Source: Octopus vulgaris
Taxonomy: Eukaryota
Direction of reading: 5' to 3'
Length of the DNA stretch: 64,000 nt
NCBI GenBank assembly: GCA_951406725.2
Contig: OX597827.1
Location: 66,278,001 to 66,342,000 of the forward strand
The notes beneath the pieces were generated by a model, which saw nothing but the letters and a program-made list of their open reading frames with translations, was not told where the DNA came from and searched no databases. Positions 1-13,152 of the stretch are shown piece by piece (position 1 is the first letter of the stretch; each line of letters opens with the position of its first letter). Made by a program: the position numbers and the translations under genes.

Positions 1-1099
1 TCTTTATTAGCCACAAGAGCCCAAAATAGACGGGGACAAAAAAGGACAGACAAGACACCACAGAGGGGACAATACAAAAAAACGAATATGAATGAGATGA
101 TTATATGACAATGAGGTTATGAATGGCTGCATGCACCCCTCATCACATTCAGTACCATTAATCTTTTTTTTCAGTCCATTTTTATCATGTATATAACAAT
201 TATCATGTTACATACCATTGCAAGTATTTGAACTGTTATATTCATGCTCTACAATTGATCTTCTATTTTCCAATATTTTTTAAACATAACATAAAACACT
301 TTACTCTTTCGTTTTTTTCTCTTTTTCCTCCTTTTTCTTTTCTTCTTTTTCATGTCAATTTAACATACTTACTTTCATTTTTCTCTCTTTTTCCTCCTTT
401 TTCTTTTCTTTTTTTTTTCCTGTCAATTTAACATACTTTCATTTTAATAGTACTTCATCAACGGTTCGATTTCTATAAAATCCACTACGGATGGCAATTC
501 TTTGAAATCCACACTTAATCCTGGTGGGTCAATACTATCTCCACGCATTTCTTCCAGTTTCTTGTAATTTTCCTTTTCGATCACTATCGCCTTTATATCA
601 TCTGCATATATGAATGGTAGTACTTTCACTCTTACTATTTGATTAAAGTTGACTATCTTCTTCTCTGTTTCTACATTTTTTTCATTCTTCTTTTATCATT
701 CCATTTTCCCCCATTGCTTCCTCGTTTTCCTTTCATTTTATCATGTCTTCTTTCTCTATTCATTTCTATAAACACCTTTTTCCTCATATATCACACTGGC
801 ATTAAAACTATGTGCCTCATATCAAGATCATAGTAATATTATTCTGCTAATCTCGTTACGCCCTCTTTGCCGGCAGTAAACGTTCTATTTTAAAAACCGA
901 AAATTATAAACTTACAATACTAATTTCCATGATTTATTAAAATTTTTTTCAGTGGCCTAACGTGTAAACATTTAATCCAAAGACTATGTATTAGTCATAA
1001 CATACAGTGTACATTGACAAATTAAATTTGAATGTTGAAGTGAATCTAACGGATTTTGTATGTTTTGAAATAGCTAATACACCTTCTACGGGTATTTGT

Positions 1100-1135
<36 letters not shown>

Positions 1136-1336
1136 CTGGAAACAGAAATTTCAAAATATAAACCATGAAGTAAATGGCTGGGTCAAGTTTATCAGACTAA
1201 TCTGTGACAGAACAAAATATTTTTTTTAAAGATAGATGGCGCTAGGGTGAATGCTTTTCTTCATTTACTTTTGAACCTGTAGAAATTTTTACATTAAAAT
1301 CTGAGTCAAATTAGTAACTTTCAAAAGTTTCAGTAA

Positions 1337-1680
1337 TTTGACTATGGTCATGCCGGAGCACCGCTTTTTTTCGACCAAATCGACCCCAGGACTTATTATT
1401 TGTAAGCTTCTTGGCCAAACCGCTACGTTACGGGGACGTAAACACACCAGCATCGGTTGTCAAGCGATGTTGCGGGGACAAACTCAGACACACAAACATA
1501 TATATATATATATATATATGTATACGATGGGCTTCTTTCAGTTTTTGTCAACGAAATCCACTCACAAGGCTTTAGTTGTGCCCAGGCTATAGTAAAATAC
1601 ACTTGCCCAAGGTTCCACACAGTGGGACTGAACCCGAAACCATGTGGTTCGTTAGCAAGTTACTTACCACACAGCCACGT
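1337..1680 (-). mobile_element. SINE family C (internal TA/CA microsatellite)
   Basis: Matches 59702-60111 in reverse, with an internal deletion. Confidence 0.78.
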
Positions 1681-2907
1681 GTAATTTTAATAATGTTTAT
1701 AATACATTTATAAACAAGTTTTATGTTTATAATTTTACTTCTACGAAACGATAATCACACTTATTTGTTTTGTTTTGTTTTGTGGTGTTCTACCCTCTAC
1801 TAAGTCGTTGTTTATATTTCTGTATCCGGCGGCACCATTCTTAATCTACACGAAAGCCTAATAAAAAATCAGAAAATATTTTGTTTTTTGAATTTTTTGT
1901 GTGATTTTAAATTGGTTCACCTGACACTCTCAGATCATCATTCTAAGTCTTATAATTTTTTTTTTTATCTTTCTTTATTCCTCTCATCTGTTTCCTCTTT
2001 TACATTGTCTTTATTGAACCTATACCCACACCACAGATAATATATGAATGAGATTTTATACATAAATGCATGTTATTTCATCACTCTTCATAATATTCTT
2101 TTTTCTTTTTTTCAGTCATTTTATCATGTCAAACAATTTTCATTACATACCATTGCAAGTATTTGAACTAATTATGCTCTACTTGATCTTCTATTTCCAA
2201 TATTTTTTAAACATATAACATAAAACATACTCTTTCTGAACCCCCCACACAATTATAAACACTCTCCCAAACCCTCTTTTTCTCTTTTTTTTTTTATATT
2301 TTTCTTTTTCATTTTAACATCATATTTTCCAAACACTTTCTACATTTGTCAATACATAGTTTATTGAATAGTCTTTTCGAAACTGACTTATTGGAATCCA
2401 CTATTTTCAAAGCAATTTTCTTTTTTTGACTATTTATTAATTTTATGTATTGATTAATCTTTCCTTGTTTGTTTTGCAAATCATGGTTTTTCTCTATTCA
2501 TTTTATAATATTTTACTATAAATTGGATTTTCCTAAATTCGATTTTTTTCTGTAAATTTGGATTTACCCTACTTTTTTATTTTATATATTTATTATTACA
2601 AATTATAATATTGTCTAGATCGACTTACTTTAATCTATTTTCTCTATTAGAATTTATCAATTACATAAATTATTGCTGTCTAATACCTCAAACATATACT
2701 CATAACGCTCTGTTTTTATTTTGATATTTGACTCCACAAATATGCCCATCTCAATACGTATCACAGGTCATATTATATATAGAATATTATAATATTTTTC
2801 AACAATATACACACACCACCACCACACACCACCACCCCAAACAAAACACTCACACACACAACACACACACACACACACACACATAACATACACAATATAA
2901 CATATAA

Positions 2908-2980
<73 letters not shown>

Positions 2981-2983
2981 ATA

Positions 2984-3016
<33 letters not shown>

Positions 3017-3522
3017 CACCCCCAAACAACCACACCCAACCCAAACACACACAAACAAGCCATAAGCACAAAAACAAAACCAAACACAAACATAAAAACA
3101 TAAAAATAATAAAACAAAAACACACAACACAAAAAAAAAAAAACAAAAACACGAAAACACTTCAACAAAAACAAAAAAAAAAAACAAAAAAAAAAAAGCG
3201 ACGAAAAAAAAAAAAAAAAAAAAAAACACAAAAAAAAAAAAAAAAAAAAAAACACCACACACACACACTCTCAACACCACACTGCACACACTCCGTATAT
3301 ATAAATAAAACAAAAACCACTCTCACAACCAGATATAAGAAAATTCCCTTTCTTGAAGCCTATACGCCACTCTCACAAGCTAGATTTTATATATTATTTT
3401 TTATTCTTTTACTTCTTTAGTATTTTACTACAGCCAAAAAAAAAAAAACCTACTACCCACAAGCCCTCTTTATAAAAACAAAAAAAACTAAAACTAAAAA
3501 AACAACACAACAACACACACAC

Positions 3523-3667
<145 letters not shown>

Positions 3668-3749
3668 CAATAAATATAAAAAAACAAAAAAAAAAAAAAA
3701 AAAACAAAAAAACAATAACAAAAAAATTAAAAACACACATATTTATTAT

Positions 3750-3792
<43 letters not shown>

Positions 3793-3811
3793 TATATATA
3801 TATATTTATTA

Positions 3812-3861
<50 letters not shown>

Positions 3862-3866
<5 letters not shown>

Positions 3867-4011
3867 AAAAACATGATGCGAAGGATTCAGCGGTACATAT
3901 GTTTCGGGCCTTTATTAGACAGATTTATAACAATGCATAATATTATAAATCTGTCTAATAAAGGCTCGAAACATATGTACCGCTGAATCCTTCGCATCAT
4001 GTTTTTATTTT
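3862..4011. repeat. Near-perfect hairpin (69-bp arms, 12-nt loop)
   Basis: 3862-3930 vs 3943-4011, one mismatch (G.U on +); contains GAAACATATGTA, a hammerhead 3' half; follows (TA)n. Confidence 0.9.
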
Positions 4012-4094
4012 GATCAATTTACTCCACCAACTACACCACCAAACGGTATACACAGGTGCTTATAATTATCAAGTACTCACCCCGAATTTATCTA

Positions 4095-4147
<53 letters not shown>

Positions 4148-4925
4148 GGGTACTTTCAGCTTCAATCTACCAAATGCATTCAGAAGGATTTGGTCGGCCC
4201 GAGGATATAGTAGAAGATACATGCCCAAGGTGGCACGCAGTGGGACTGAACCCGGAACTCTATGGCCGGGAGTATATAAATATTACAAACACAAACACAC
4301 ACATACATACATACATACACATATATATTGTATTTGGCCCTAATTTTTTATGACAGCACAATTTTCCAATCTATAAGTTCACTGTGTAAGAGAACATGAT
4401 ATATGTGTGTCTGTAATGCTTATACGTACACACACTCATGGACACACATAATATCTATGTATATAGATATATATATGTGTGTGTGTGTGTGTGTTTGTGT
4501 GTGTTGCCCTCCCCCCCACTTTCTATCTTTCCTAGTCTTTCTCCCTCTAGGAAAATATTTATTTAGTCTTTGTTTCATTGTGTTCTATATTTCAGTGGAC
4601 AAAAACATTGAAAAGGTTTATTGTCTTTTGTTCAATAAAAATTTCAATCTCAATTATTGTTAATACATAATACACGGGAATATGAACATCTGTGTAGTCT
4701 TTTCTTGCTTTAGAATCTGAAAACAGATACACAAAATTATAAAACGACTTATAAATACATTAATCACGTGTGTATCACTGAACAGAAAACCACACCCACT
4801 TATAAGCATAACAATGATTGTGTCATTCAGAAGCTCTGTTTGCAAGCATGTAGTTCGGGGTTCAGTTCCAATGAGTGAAACCTTGTGTATAATGTTTTTA
4901 CGATATGGCTGGTGAATGATTAATG

Positions 4926-5308
4926 GGAAGCACTCCGTCGGTTACGACGACGAGGGTTCCGGTTGATCCAATCAACGGAACAGCCTGCTCGTGAAATTAA
5001 CGTGTAAGTGGCTGAGCACTCCACAGACACGTGTACCCTTAACGTAGTTCTCGGGGATATTCAGCGTGACGCAGAGTGTGACAAGGCCGGCCCTTTGAAA
5101 TACAGGCACAACAGAAACAGGAAGTAAGAGTGAGAGAAAGCTGTGGTGAAAGAGTACAGCAGGGATCACCACCATCCCCTGCCGGAGCATCGTGGAGCTT
5201 TAGGTGTTTTCGCCCAAAAAACACTCACAACGCCCGGTCTGGGAATCGAAACCGCGATCCTACGACCGCGAGTCCGCTGCCCTAACCACTGGGCCATTGT
5301 GCCTCCAC
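4926..5308 (-). mobile_element. tRNA-derived SINE, family A, full length
   Basis: Head TGGCCCAGTGGTTAGG...GGTTTCGATTCCC (A/B boxes); 11-bp TSD GAATGATTAAT at 4914-4924 and 5309-5319; near-identical copies elsewhere in the window. Confidence 0.88.
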
Positions 5309-5420
5309 GAATGATTAATAGAAATGGTGTGGAAGTCCAACAAATATTTATACACGTTTTGTGTTCTACACCTGAAGATTTCTTCTATTTCTTTGCGCTA
5401 CACAACTAGATCTGTCTTGT

Positions 5421-6290
5421 AGCGGTATTTCGTCTGTCTTTACGTTCTGAGTTCAAATGCCACTGGGGTCGACTTTGCATTTCATCCCTTCGGGGTCGAT
5501 AAGTTAGATACCAGTTACGCACTGGGGTCGATGTAATCGACTTAATTCGCTTGCCTGTCCTTGTTTGTCCCCTCTATGTTTAGCCCCTTGTGGGTAATAA
5601 AGAAACAGGTATTTTGTCTGCCGTTACATTCTGAGTTCAAATGCCGCCGAGGTCGACTTTGCCTTTCATCCTTTTGGGGTCGATTAAATAAGGACCGGTT
5701 ACGCACTGGGGTCGATATAATCGACTGAATCTGTTCGTTAGTACTTGTTTGTCCTCTCTTCCTTTAGACACTTGTGGGTAGTACAGAAATAGAAATAGGT
5801 ATTTCCTCCGTCTTTACATTCTGAGTTCAAATTCCGCCGAGATCGACTTCGCCTTTCATCCTTTCGGGGTCGATAAATTAAGTACCAGTTACGCACTGGG
5901 GTCGATATAATGGACTTAATCGGTCTGTCTGTCCTTGTTTGTCTCCTCTGTGTTTGGCCCCCTTGTGGGTAGTAAAGAAATAAACATTATGTCTGCCGCT
6001 ACGTTCTGAGTTCAAATTCCGCTGAGGTCAACTTTGCCTTTCATCCTTTCGGGGTCAATTAAATAAGTACCAGTTACGCACTGAGGTCTATGCAATCGAC
6101 TCAATCGCTTTGTCTGTCCTTGTTTGTCCCCTCTGTGTCTAGCCCCTTGTAGGTAGTAAATACAAAGGTATTTCGTCTATCCACCGAGGTCGGCTTTGCC
6201 ATTCATCCTTTCCTTGTCGATAAATTAAGTAGCAGTTGCGTACTGAGGTAGATCAGATCGACTGACCCCTCCCTCCAAAAGGAATTCTTT
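5421..6290 (+). repeat. Tandem array of SINE family B units (~185 bp, about 4.5 units)
   Basis: Units start near 5424, 5608, 5798, 5983 and 6167 (GGTATTTCGTCTG...GAGTTCAAATTCC...AGTAAAGAAATA). Confidence 0.88.
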
Positions 6291-7118
6291 TTACAGAATT
6301 CTAGTTAGTCACTAACAAGGATATATTGCTGTTTTGCTAATGTGAATGCAGTATAGCTATGTTATTCTATAATTACGACCATCAGAAATATCCTTTCTGT
6401 GTAGGAAAGAGGCAGTATCATTCGGACGTTTGGGGGCACCTGATGATGATGAAGTAGATGATAATTTCCACACTGGTATGTAGCAACTGATACTTTCTCT
6501 AGCAATGGAAAGTTTTACAAACATTCATATCTCTCATGTTGATCATATATTCAGTAGTTATCTCTTCATCATGACAGCAAATGCTTTGCCTTCTGGACAA
6601 GTTATGACGTAACTATCACATCGAAGTCAAGCATCTATTCCTTCCGCTGGCTTTCGCTTATTGTAGCTCGCAGGTTATGCAACCATCTATACCATTCTGC
6701 TAATAAGGGTTAGCGATTCTTGGGGAAATTTTCTATACCATTCTGCTAGTAAGGTTAGCGTTTCTTGGGGAAATTTATGCGTTCATTATTTATAATCCAG
6801 TAGGGTGGAATTAAATTTAAGAAACTTAAATGTCTAAAGCAATTAGCTGATGATTATCTGAACATAGGTATGTTCGTAAATAAGGTACGATATTGCCAAA
6901 ACTATAATTCCTTCCAATTTACGAATGTTTCAAAGATGATGATATTCTACTCGTAAATTCATTCGTAAATAACTCATAATCCGATTAAATGTAATTACAT
7001 ATAAGAAACTTAAATTTGTAAATTAATTAACTGGTGACGGATGTAAAAGCGTTTGTTTAATAGGTTGTAAGCACTGGCAAACAATTTGATACAGAAATAC
7101 ATGATCTGCTAAAAATAA

Positions 7119-7420
7119 TATCACCGTAATCAACCAGGCTATCAGATGTTGCTACACATCGTTCGTTACGATGCGCTTCGCATTGTTTTAGCCTTCAAAT
7201 GACGCCACTCCGCTGGCTAAGCGTGCAGGTCAACAGAAGGAGTGAGAGAAAGTTGTAGCGAAAGAGTACAGCAGGGATCACCACCACCCCCTGCCGGAGC
7301 CTGGTGGAGCTTTAGGTGTTTTCGCTCAATAAACACTCACAACGTCCGGTCTGGGAATCGAAAGCGCGATCCTACGACCGCGAGTCCGTTGCTCTAACCA
7401 CTGGGACATTGTGCCCCCAC
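7119..7420 (-). mobile_element. SINE with family A head/core and alternative tail 2
   Basis: Same head and core as A, tail ...GCTTAGCCAGCGG...CATCTGATAGCCTGG; same tail at 58005-58330 and 8655-8774. Confidence 0.8.
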
Positions 7421-7802
7421 TAAATAACATATTTGTATCATACTTGATCGCCTTACATGTAAAACGGGTTCACATTAAACAATATTATCTTTTATATATT
7501 TTGCCAGCAAAAAAAGCAGCCGGTAAACACTGACATTTCATGGGCAACGGCCCAGGAAAGGAAGATTTCTTATTTTGATATAATAGTTGCAATGTCCAAA
7601 TATTGATCTGTTGCGATTTTAGCTACGTGATTTTGGATGATATTTAATGAGTAAACTCTTGGCTGACATTTTGGAGATGTTTCCCTCTCAGTTTAACGAA
7701 ATATAGTACATAAGAAACGTGGAATTAGCAGCAATCCAGTGATGGGCTGCTGTATAAGTAAATAAGCATACACATTTAGAATACATCAACGTACTCTGTG
7801 TG

Positions 7803-8185
7803 AAAGCACTCCGTCGGTTACGACGACGAGGGTTCAGGTTGATCCGAATCAACGGAACAGCCTGCTCGTGAAATTAACATGTAAGTGGCTGAGCACTCCA
7901 CAGACACGTGTACCCTTAACGTAGTTCTCGGGGATATTCAGCGTGACACAGAGAGTGACAAGGCCGGCCATTTGAAATACAGGTACAACAGAAACAGGAA
8001 GTAAGAGTGAGAGAAAGTTGTGGCGAAAGAGTACAGCAGGGATCACCACCAGCCCCTGCCGGAGCCTGGTGGAGCTTTAGGTGTTTTCGCTCAATAAACA
8101 CTCACAACGCCCGGTCTGGGAATCGAAACCGTGATCCTACGACCGCGAGTCCGCTGCTATAACCACTGGGCCATTGCGCCTCTAC
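7803..8185 (-). mobile_element. SINE family A
   Basis: Full-length match to 4926-5308. Confidence 0.85.
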
Positions 8186-8444
8186 ATTGGGAAATACATA
8201 TCTTTATGTCGGTGCGACGGAAAATGAAGTAAAAAAAACGCAGTCTTTACACTGTTCGGAAAATGAAGAAAAAAAATTCATCCTTTCTGCAAAATTCCCT
8301 TTCTTAATCTTAGAGATGAGCGAAATTTTTCTCACATGCACATGGGAAGATTTTCTTTTTCTAAATATAGAGGAACAGATAATTAGTTAGACACAAATGA
8401 ACTTAAAAAACGTCAAAGCGTAAGCATATATAATAATAATAATG

Positions 8445-8507
<63 letters not shown>

Positions 8508-8654
8508 TATTAATTAATTTAACGTTAATTTATATAAACATAAGTTCGTATTTTATCTCGTTTAGGTTACTTTATAGCTTAGGTATTAATTTCGCACAAA
8601 ACTTTTTAACACGTGTTTTGCTTATAAAATCAATTAATTACTTATATTTATATA

Positions 8655-8774
8655 TCACTGTGATCACGTGACCGACCAGACCATCAGATGTTGTTACACA
8701 TCGCTGGTCACAATGCGTTCGTATTGTTTTAGCCTTCGAATGACGCCACCCCGCTGGCTAAGCGAGCAGGCCAA
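8655..8774 (-). mobile_element. 5'-truncated SINE tail 2
   Basis: Matches 7119-7235. Confidence 0.7.
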
Positions 8775-8845
<71 letters not shown>

Positions 8846-8847
<2 letters not shown>

Positions 8848-9132
8848 GTAAACGTAATATGTGACAATTATTCGGTAGCATGAAAAAACTCCGAGTTTCG
8901 GCTGCCGAGGTAGATATTCACGCCGCCATCTCTTCAGCTATCCGGCCATCGGAAAAATGCTATGAAAAATGACCGTTATACAAAGGGAAATTACTGTGTG
9001 ATAGACCGTTATGAAGACAAAAGAGCTATTCGAATGGCCGCTAAGTAAGGCTATCTAATATTTGTCATATATTACATTTACATAATATCGAGGTCTCTTT
9101 CTTTCTTTTGTTGTCTTGCCATTTTTATCAAT
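8846..9132. mobile_element. Decayed Penelope-like fold-back element with degenerate hammerhead (minus, ~8880-8946)
   Basis: Minus strand GGATAG-CTGAAGA-GATG...-GAAA-CTCGGAG-TT; 8846-8980 matches 46210-46345 in the same orientation while 9055-9130 matches 46145-46240 inverted; follows (TA)n. Confidence 0.55.
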
Positions 9133-9580
9133 ATACAAATATATATGCTTGTTACCTTATATTTTATGTTTTTACTTACAAAAAAACCAATTCTTACTTG
9201 TTTACTCAATAATACGTTCTATATTTTTCATTATTTTATTATTTTAATTTGTTTTAGGATTCTTGCATTTTTATTTCATTTCTATTGTATTTATACTATA
9301 TTGTAACGCACCTAAAAGAATGCACTTTTATTAGTTCAATATAGTATCATAATATTATATTTACCTATAAAAAAAGGCTCATTAAAATATACTGCTATCA
9401 TATTCTTATAACCAGTTTCAAAATTCATTTCAGTTAATACTCTAGAGAGATATATTATTTTAATATAATGTACCCTATTATATAAAAACGTCGATTATTT
9501 TAATACCATACGATTTTATAAAATCTTCCATGACATATACTACCTTCCACCCCTTGATAGGGTTCATACCATGTTCTCTA

Positions 9581-9954
9581 AGGGGGAAGCACTCCGTCGG
9601 TTACGACGACGAGGGTTCCAGTTGATCCGAATCAACGGAACAGCCTGCTCGTGAAATTAACGTGTAAGTGGCTGAGCACTCCACAGACACGTGTACCCTT
9701 AACGTAGTTCTCGGGGGATATTCAGCGTGACACAGAGAGTGACAAGGCCGGCCCTTGAAATACAGGTACAACAGAAACATGAAGTAAGAGTGAGAGAAAG
9801 TTGTGGTGAAAGAGTACAGCAGGGATCACCACCATCCCCTGCCAGAGCATCGTGGAGCTTTTGGTGTTTTCGCTCAATAAACACTCACAACGCCCGGTCT
9901 GGGAATCGAAACCGCGAGTCCGCTGCCCTAACCACTGGGCCATTGCGCCTCCAC
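9581..9954 (-). mobile_element. SINE family A
   Basis: 14-bp TSD TACCATGTTCTCTA at 9567-9580 and 9955-9968; small deletion in the head. Confidence 0.88.
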
Positions 9955-10310
9955 TACCATGTTCTCTATATAGAGAATGTGTCATCTGACAGTTCGGAGC
10001 CGTATGCTCAAAACATTACAAAAGAGAATAAAAAAGCAGAGAACACAAAATCAGGCAATGGTCACGTGTGAGTAGTAGAATGATGGGAAGGAAGATGAGA
10101 GAGATGAAGAGAGAGCAGCAGAGACAGAGAGAGATGGAGGGAGAGAGGAAGTAATGATGTTAGGAAAGGAATATTAGGACGAGAGATAAAGAAAGAAAGA
10201 ATCGCCAAAAGAATCTATTAAAGTCGGAATGCATGGCGTTCAGTTTTTCCATGAATGCATTAAATACTACAAAATATACACGTAGGACACACACAAGGAC
10301 CATAATTATT

Positions 10311-10359
<49 letters not shown>

Positions 10360-10370
10360 ATCTATCTATC

Positions 10371-10448
<78 letters not shown>

Positions 10449-10609
10449 GTTGTATACTGTCAACTTAACGTGACAGTCTCGTATGGGAATTACACCACCG
10501 CTGTTTAGCCCTAGGAAGCATCGAACGCTTCCTGTCGGCTTTTGACACATTTTCTGTGTCCTTATAATTGTGAAGGGGAGGCAAGCACCCCTACCAGCCA
10601 AGATTCACA

Positions 10610-10656
10610 CCTGAGGACATGCATGTTTCTGGGTCTTAATCCGTCATCAGCCCAGG
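10610..10656 (-). ncRNA. Type I hammerhead ribozyme (354-bp family)
   Basis: Minus strand CCTGGG-CTGATGA-CGGATTAAGACCCA-GAAA-CATGCAT-GTC-CTCAGG: 6-bp stem I, canonical core, palindromic stem III ACATGCATGT, GUC triplet; stem II imperfect. Confidence 0.8.
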
Positions 10657-11049
10657 ATACTGAGATCTGCTGACTGAGGTGCCTGTCCAGCCTTCACAAA
10701 TATATATATGTACAGTGAAATTTATTCACTGGTTACCGTAATCAGAAATATTAAATTTCTAAATGTCTCAAAGAGACATGAGTGGTGGTGGAGCGCAGAA
10801 AACGTGTCAAAGCCGACAGGAAGCGTTCGATGCTTCCTAGGGGTAAACAGCGGTGGTTTAATTCCCATACGGGACTGTCACGTTAAGTTGACAGTATACA
10901 AACACTCTCTCGCTCCACCACCACTCCTGTCTCTTTGAGACATTTAGAAATTTAATATTTCTGATTACGGTAACCAGTGAATAAATTTCACTGTACATAT
11001 ATATATTTATGAAGGCTGGACAGGCGCCTCAATCAGCAGATCTCAGTAT

Positions 11050-11096
11050 CCTGGGCTGATGACGGGTTGAGATCCAGAAATATGCATGTCCTCAGG
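11050..11096 (+). ncRNA. Type I hammerhead ribozyme (354-bp family), second copy
   Basis: CCTGGG-CTGATGA-CGGGTTGAGATCCA-GAAA-TATGCAT-GTC-CTCAGG; C>T after GAAA (U-G pair); two-copy consensus stem II is GGGT(TAAG)ACCC. Confidence 0.75.
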
Positions 11097-11384
11097 TGTG
11101 AATCTTGGCTGGTAGGGGTGCTTGCCTCCCCTTCACAAATATAAGGACACAGAAAATGTCTGAAAGCCAACAGGAATCGTTCGATGCTTCCTAGGGCTAA
11201 ACAGCGGTGGTGTAATTCCCATACGGGACTGTCACGTTAAGTTGACAGAATACAACCACTCTCTCGCTCCACTACCATTTGAGACATTTACAAATTTAAT
11301 ATTTCTGATATATATATATATAGTAATTGATTTAAAATTAATTTATATAAACCTAAGTTCGTATCCTATCACTCTAAGGTTTTC

Positions 11385-11590
11385 AAAGCGTAACCACGTG
11401 TGTATCGTTGGCGATTTTCATCCTTCGTCTTCCCTTCCATTGAACGTTCCTCTATTTCCGAAGAAGAGCTTAGCTTGAAACGTAAAACCCTATTTCATTC
11501 CTTTCCTGAGCGTCTAATAATACAATATTTGTACCGCGTCCTCACGTTATTGTCTTTTCTTGTTTGTTCTTCTTTGTTTGGATTCACTAT
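11385..11590 (+). mobile_element. Penelope pLTR-like fragment with degenerate minimal hammerhead
   Basis: TTT-CCGAAGA-AGAGC(TTA)GCTT-GAAA-C-GTA-AAA at ~11455-11487 with ACGT palindrome; ends in (TA)n; a related fragment lies on the minus strand at 28762-28956. Confidence 0.45.
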
Positions 11591-12104
11591 ATATATATAT
11601 GCACACACATATGCATATATACGTACATGTATATATTTACGAGTGTGTATGTGTATGCATATATATATATATATATATTATGAGTGTGTATGTGTATGCA
11701 TATATATATTATGAGATTCTTCATATTGCAAATAATGCATAATCAAAATTTAATGTTGAATTATCAATTATAATAATTAACAATACATATCTAAATGAAC
11801 ACCATAAATTCTATGTTATAACGAACATAATAACTAAAATAGAGCTTGCTTCTCGATTGATTGATGGTTACAAATGTGCATCATACACGATAAGATGACA
11901 TCAATTCTTAAGGGTACAATATTCAAAATCGTGTCATGCGTGTATGAAAGCATTCCTGCCATTATCTTTTCATTTCTCTGTCCCTAACATTTTCCCATTC
12001 CATTGTATATATATGTGTGCATGTATGTATGTTTGCATCTATCTATCTATCTATCTGTCTATCTCTCGTTGTCTTTTTAACCACTTGTGTATATCACATA
12101 CTCT

Positions 12105-12163
<59 letters not shown>

Positions 12164-12202
12164 CTCTAGATGCATATATTGCCATTCACATACAGCGATA
12201 TA

Positions 12203-12233
<31 letters not shown>

Positions 12234-12757
12234 TTCTACATACATATATAAATATATATATATAGAGATATAGATATACGCATACTCTCATGTATATATA
12301 AATGTGTGTATGTTTGCGTGCATATCAGTATCCTCACAACTGCATAACTGCATATATGTATGTGTGTGTGTTTTGTGTGCATGTAAATATATATATATAT
12401 ATATATACACACGTATATATACTTAAATATTTCTGTGTATAAATATACATGTATATACCTCCTTAAACACACACATACATACCCATACATATATAAACAT
12501 GATTAATTCAAGTTGACGAAAGAACAGCTCAACAATTTTAATAACATATTTCTAATTATTCGTGTTCACTTAATATCGTTATTTGCAACAATTAATTGCC
12601 ATATGAAAATATTTCTGTATTCTACATGACAATAAACATACAATTGATTCACTCAGAAAGGAAGCATATTTTATACATATACGGGTAATTATCTGATTGT
12701 ATTTGATTTGTTGACGATTGACAGTTTTTCGTTCATTATTTTTTTTGTGTGTGAATA

Positions 12758-13152
12758 TCTTTATATATAAAAGAAAGGTTGTGTGTCTGTCTACTCCGAT
12801 TTGGATTCCTAACTACTCTCACATTTTGCAATGCAGTTTAACCAAAACCGGGTATCTTATAGTCGTGATTCATATCGAGCCCTTCTGGGTATTAGCGCGC
12901 GTCTACGATGCGTCTACGATTTTAAAAATAATTTACCATCATTTTTTTCCATTTTAATGCATATTTATTTTTAAATAAAGGGAAGTAACTCTCTAAAAAT
13001 GTCTACGATGAGTCAACGATTTTTATAAAAAAATTACCATAATTTTTTTCCATTTTTCATGCATTTTTTGCTATTTTTTGGCTATAACTCTCTAAAAATG
13101 CTTTATAGTTATTTCCCTTACAAACCCGAGCAACGCCGGGCAATACTGCTAG
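12758..13152 (+). mobile_element. Non-autonomous Helitron (~395 bp)
   Basis: Starts TC (TCTTTATATATAAAAG), GC hairpin CCCGAGCAACGCCGGG at 13125-13140, ends CTAG; inserted between A and T with no TSD. Confidence 0.8.

Larger units (their letters stand above)
10441..11309. mobile_element. Penelope-pLTR/retrozyme-like non-autonomous element: inverted unit plus ~1.45 tandem units (unit ~354 bp)
   Basis: 10441-10795 is the reverse complement of one unit; 10796-11149 is repeated from 11150 to ~11309; a hammerhead in each orientation; flanked by (TA)n/(GA)n. Confidence 0.75.

Noticed and set aside
4972-5409. Recurrent ORFs (e.g. LCVTLNIPENYVKGTRVCG) at 5, 8, 9.7 and 56.8 kb
   Set aside because: Incidental frames in SINE family A copies.
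5421-6290. CRISPR-like regular repeats
   Set aside because: Whole ~185-bp units repeat with no unique spacers; eukaryotic SINE context and no cas genes.
6686-6778. 46-bp direct duplication
   Set aside because: Ordinary local tandem duplication with no further structure.
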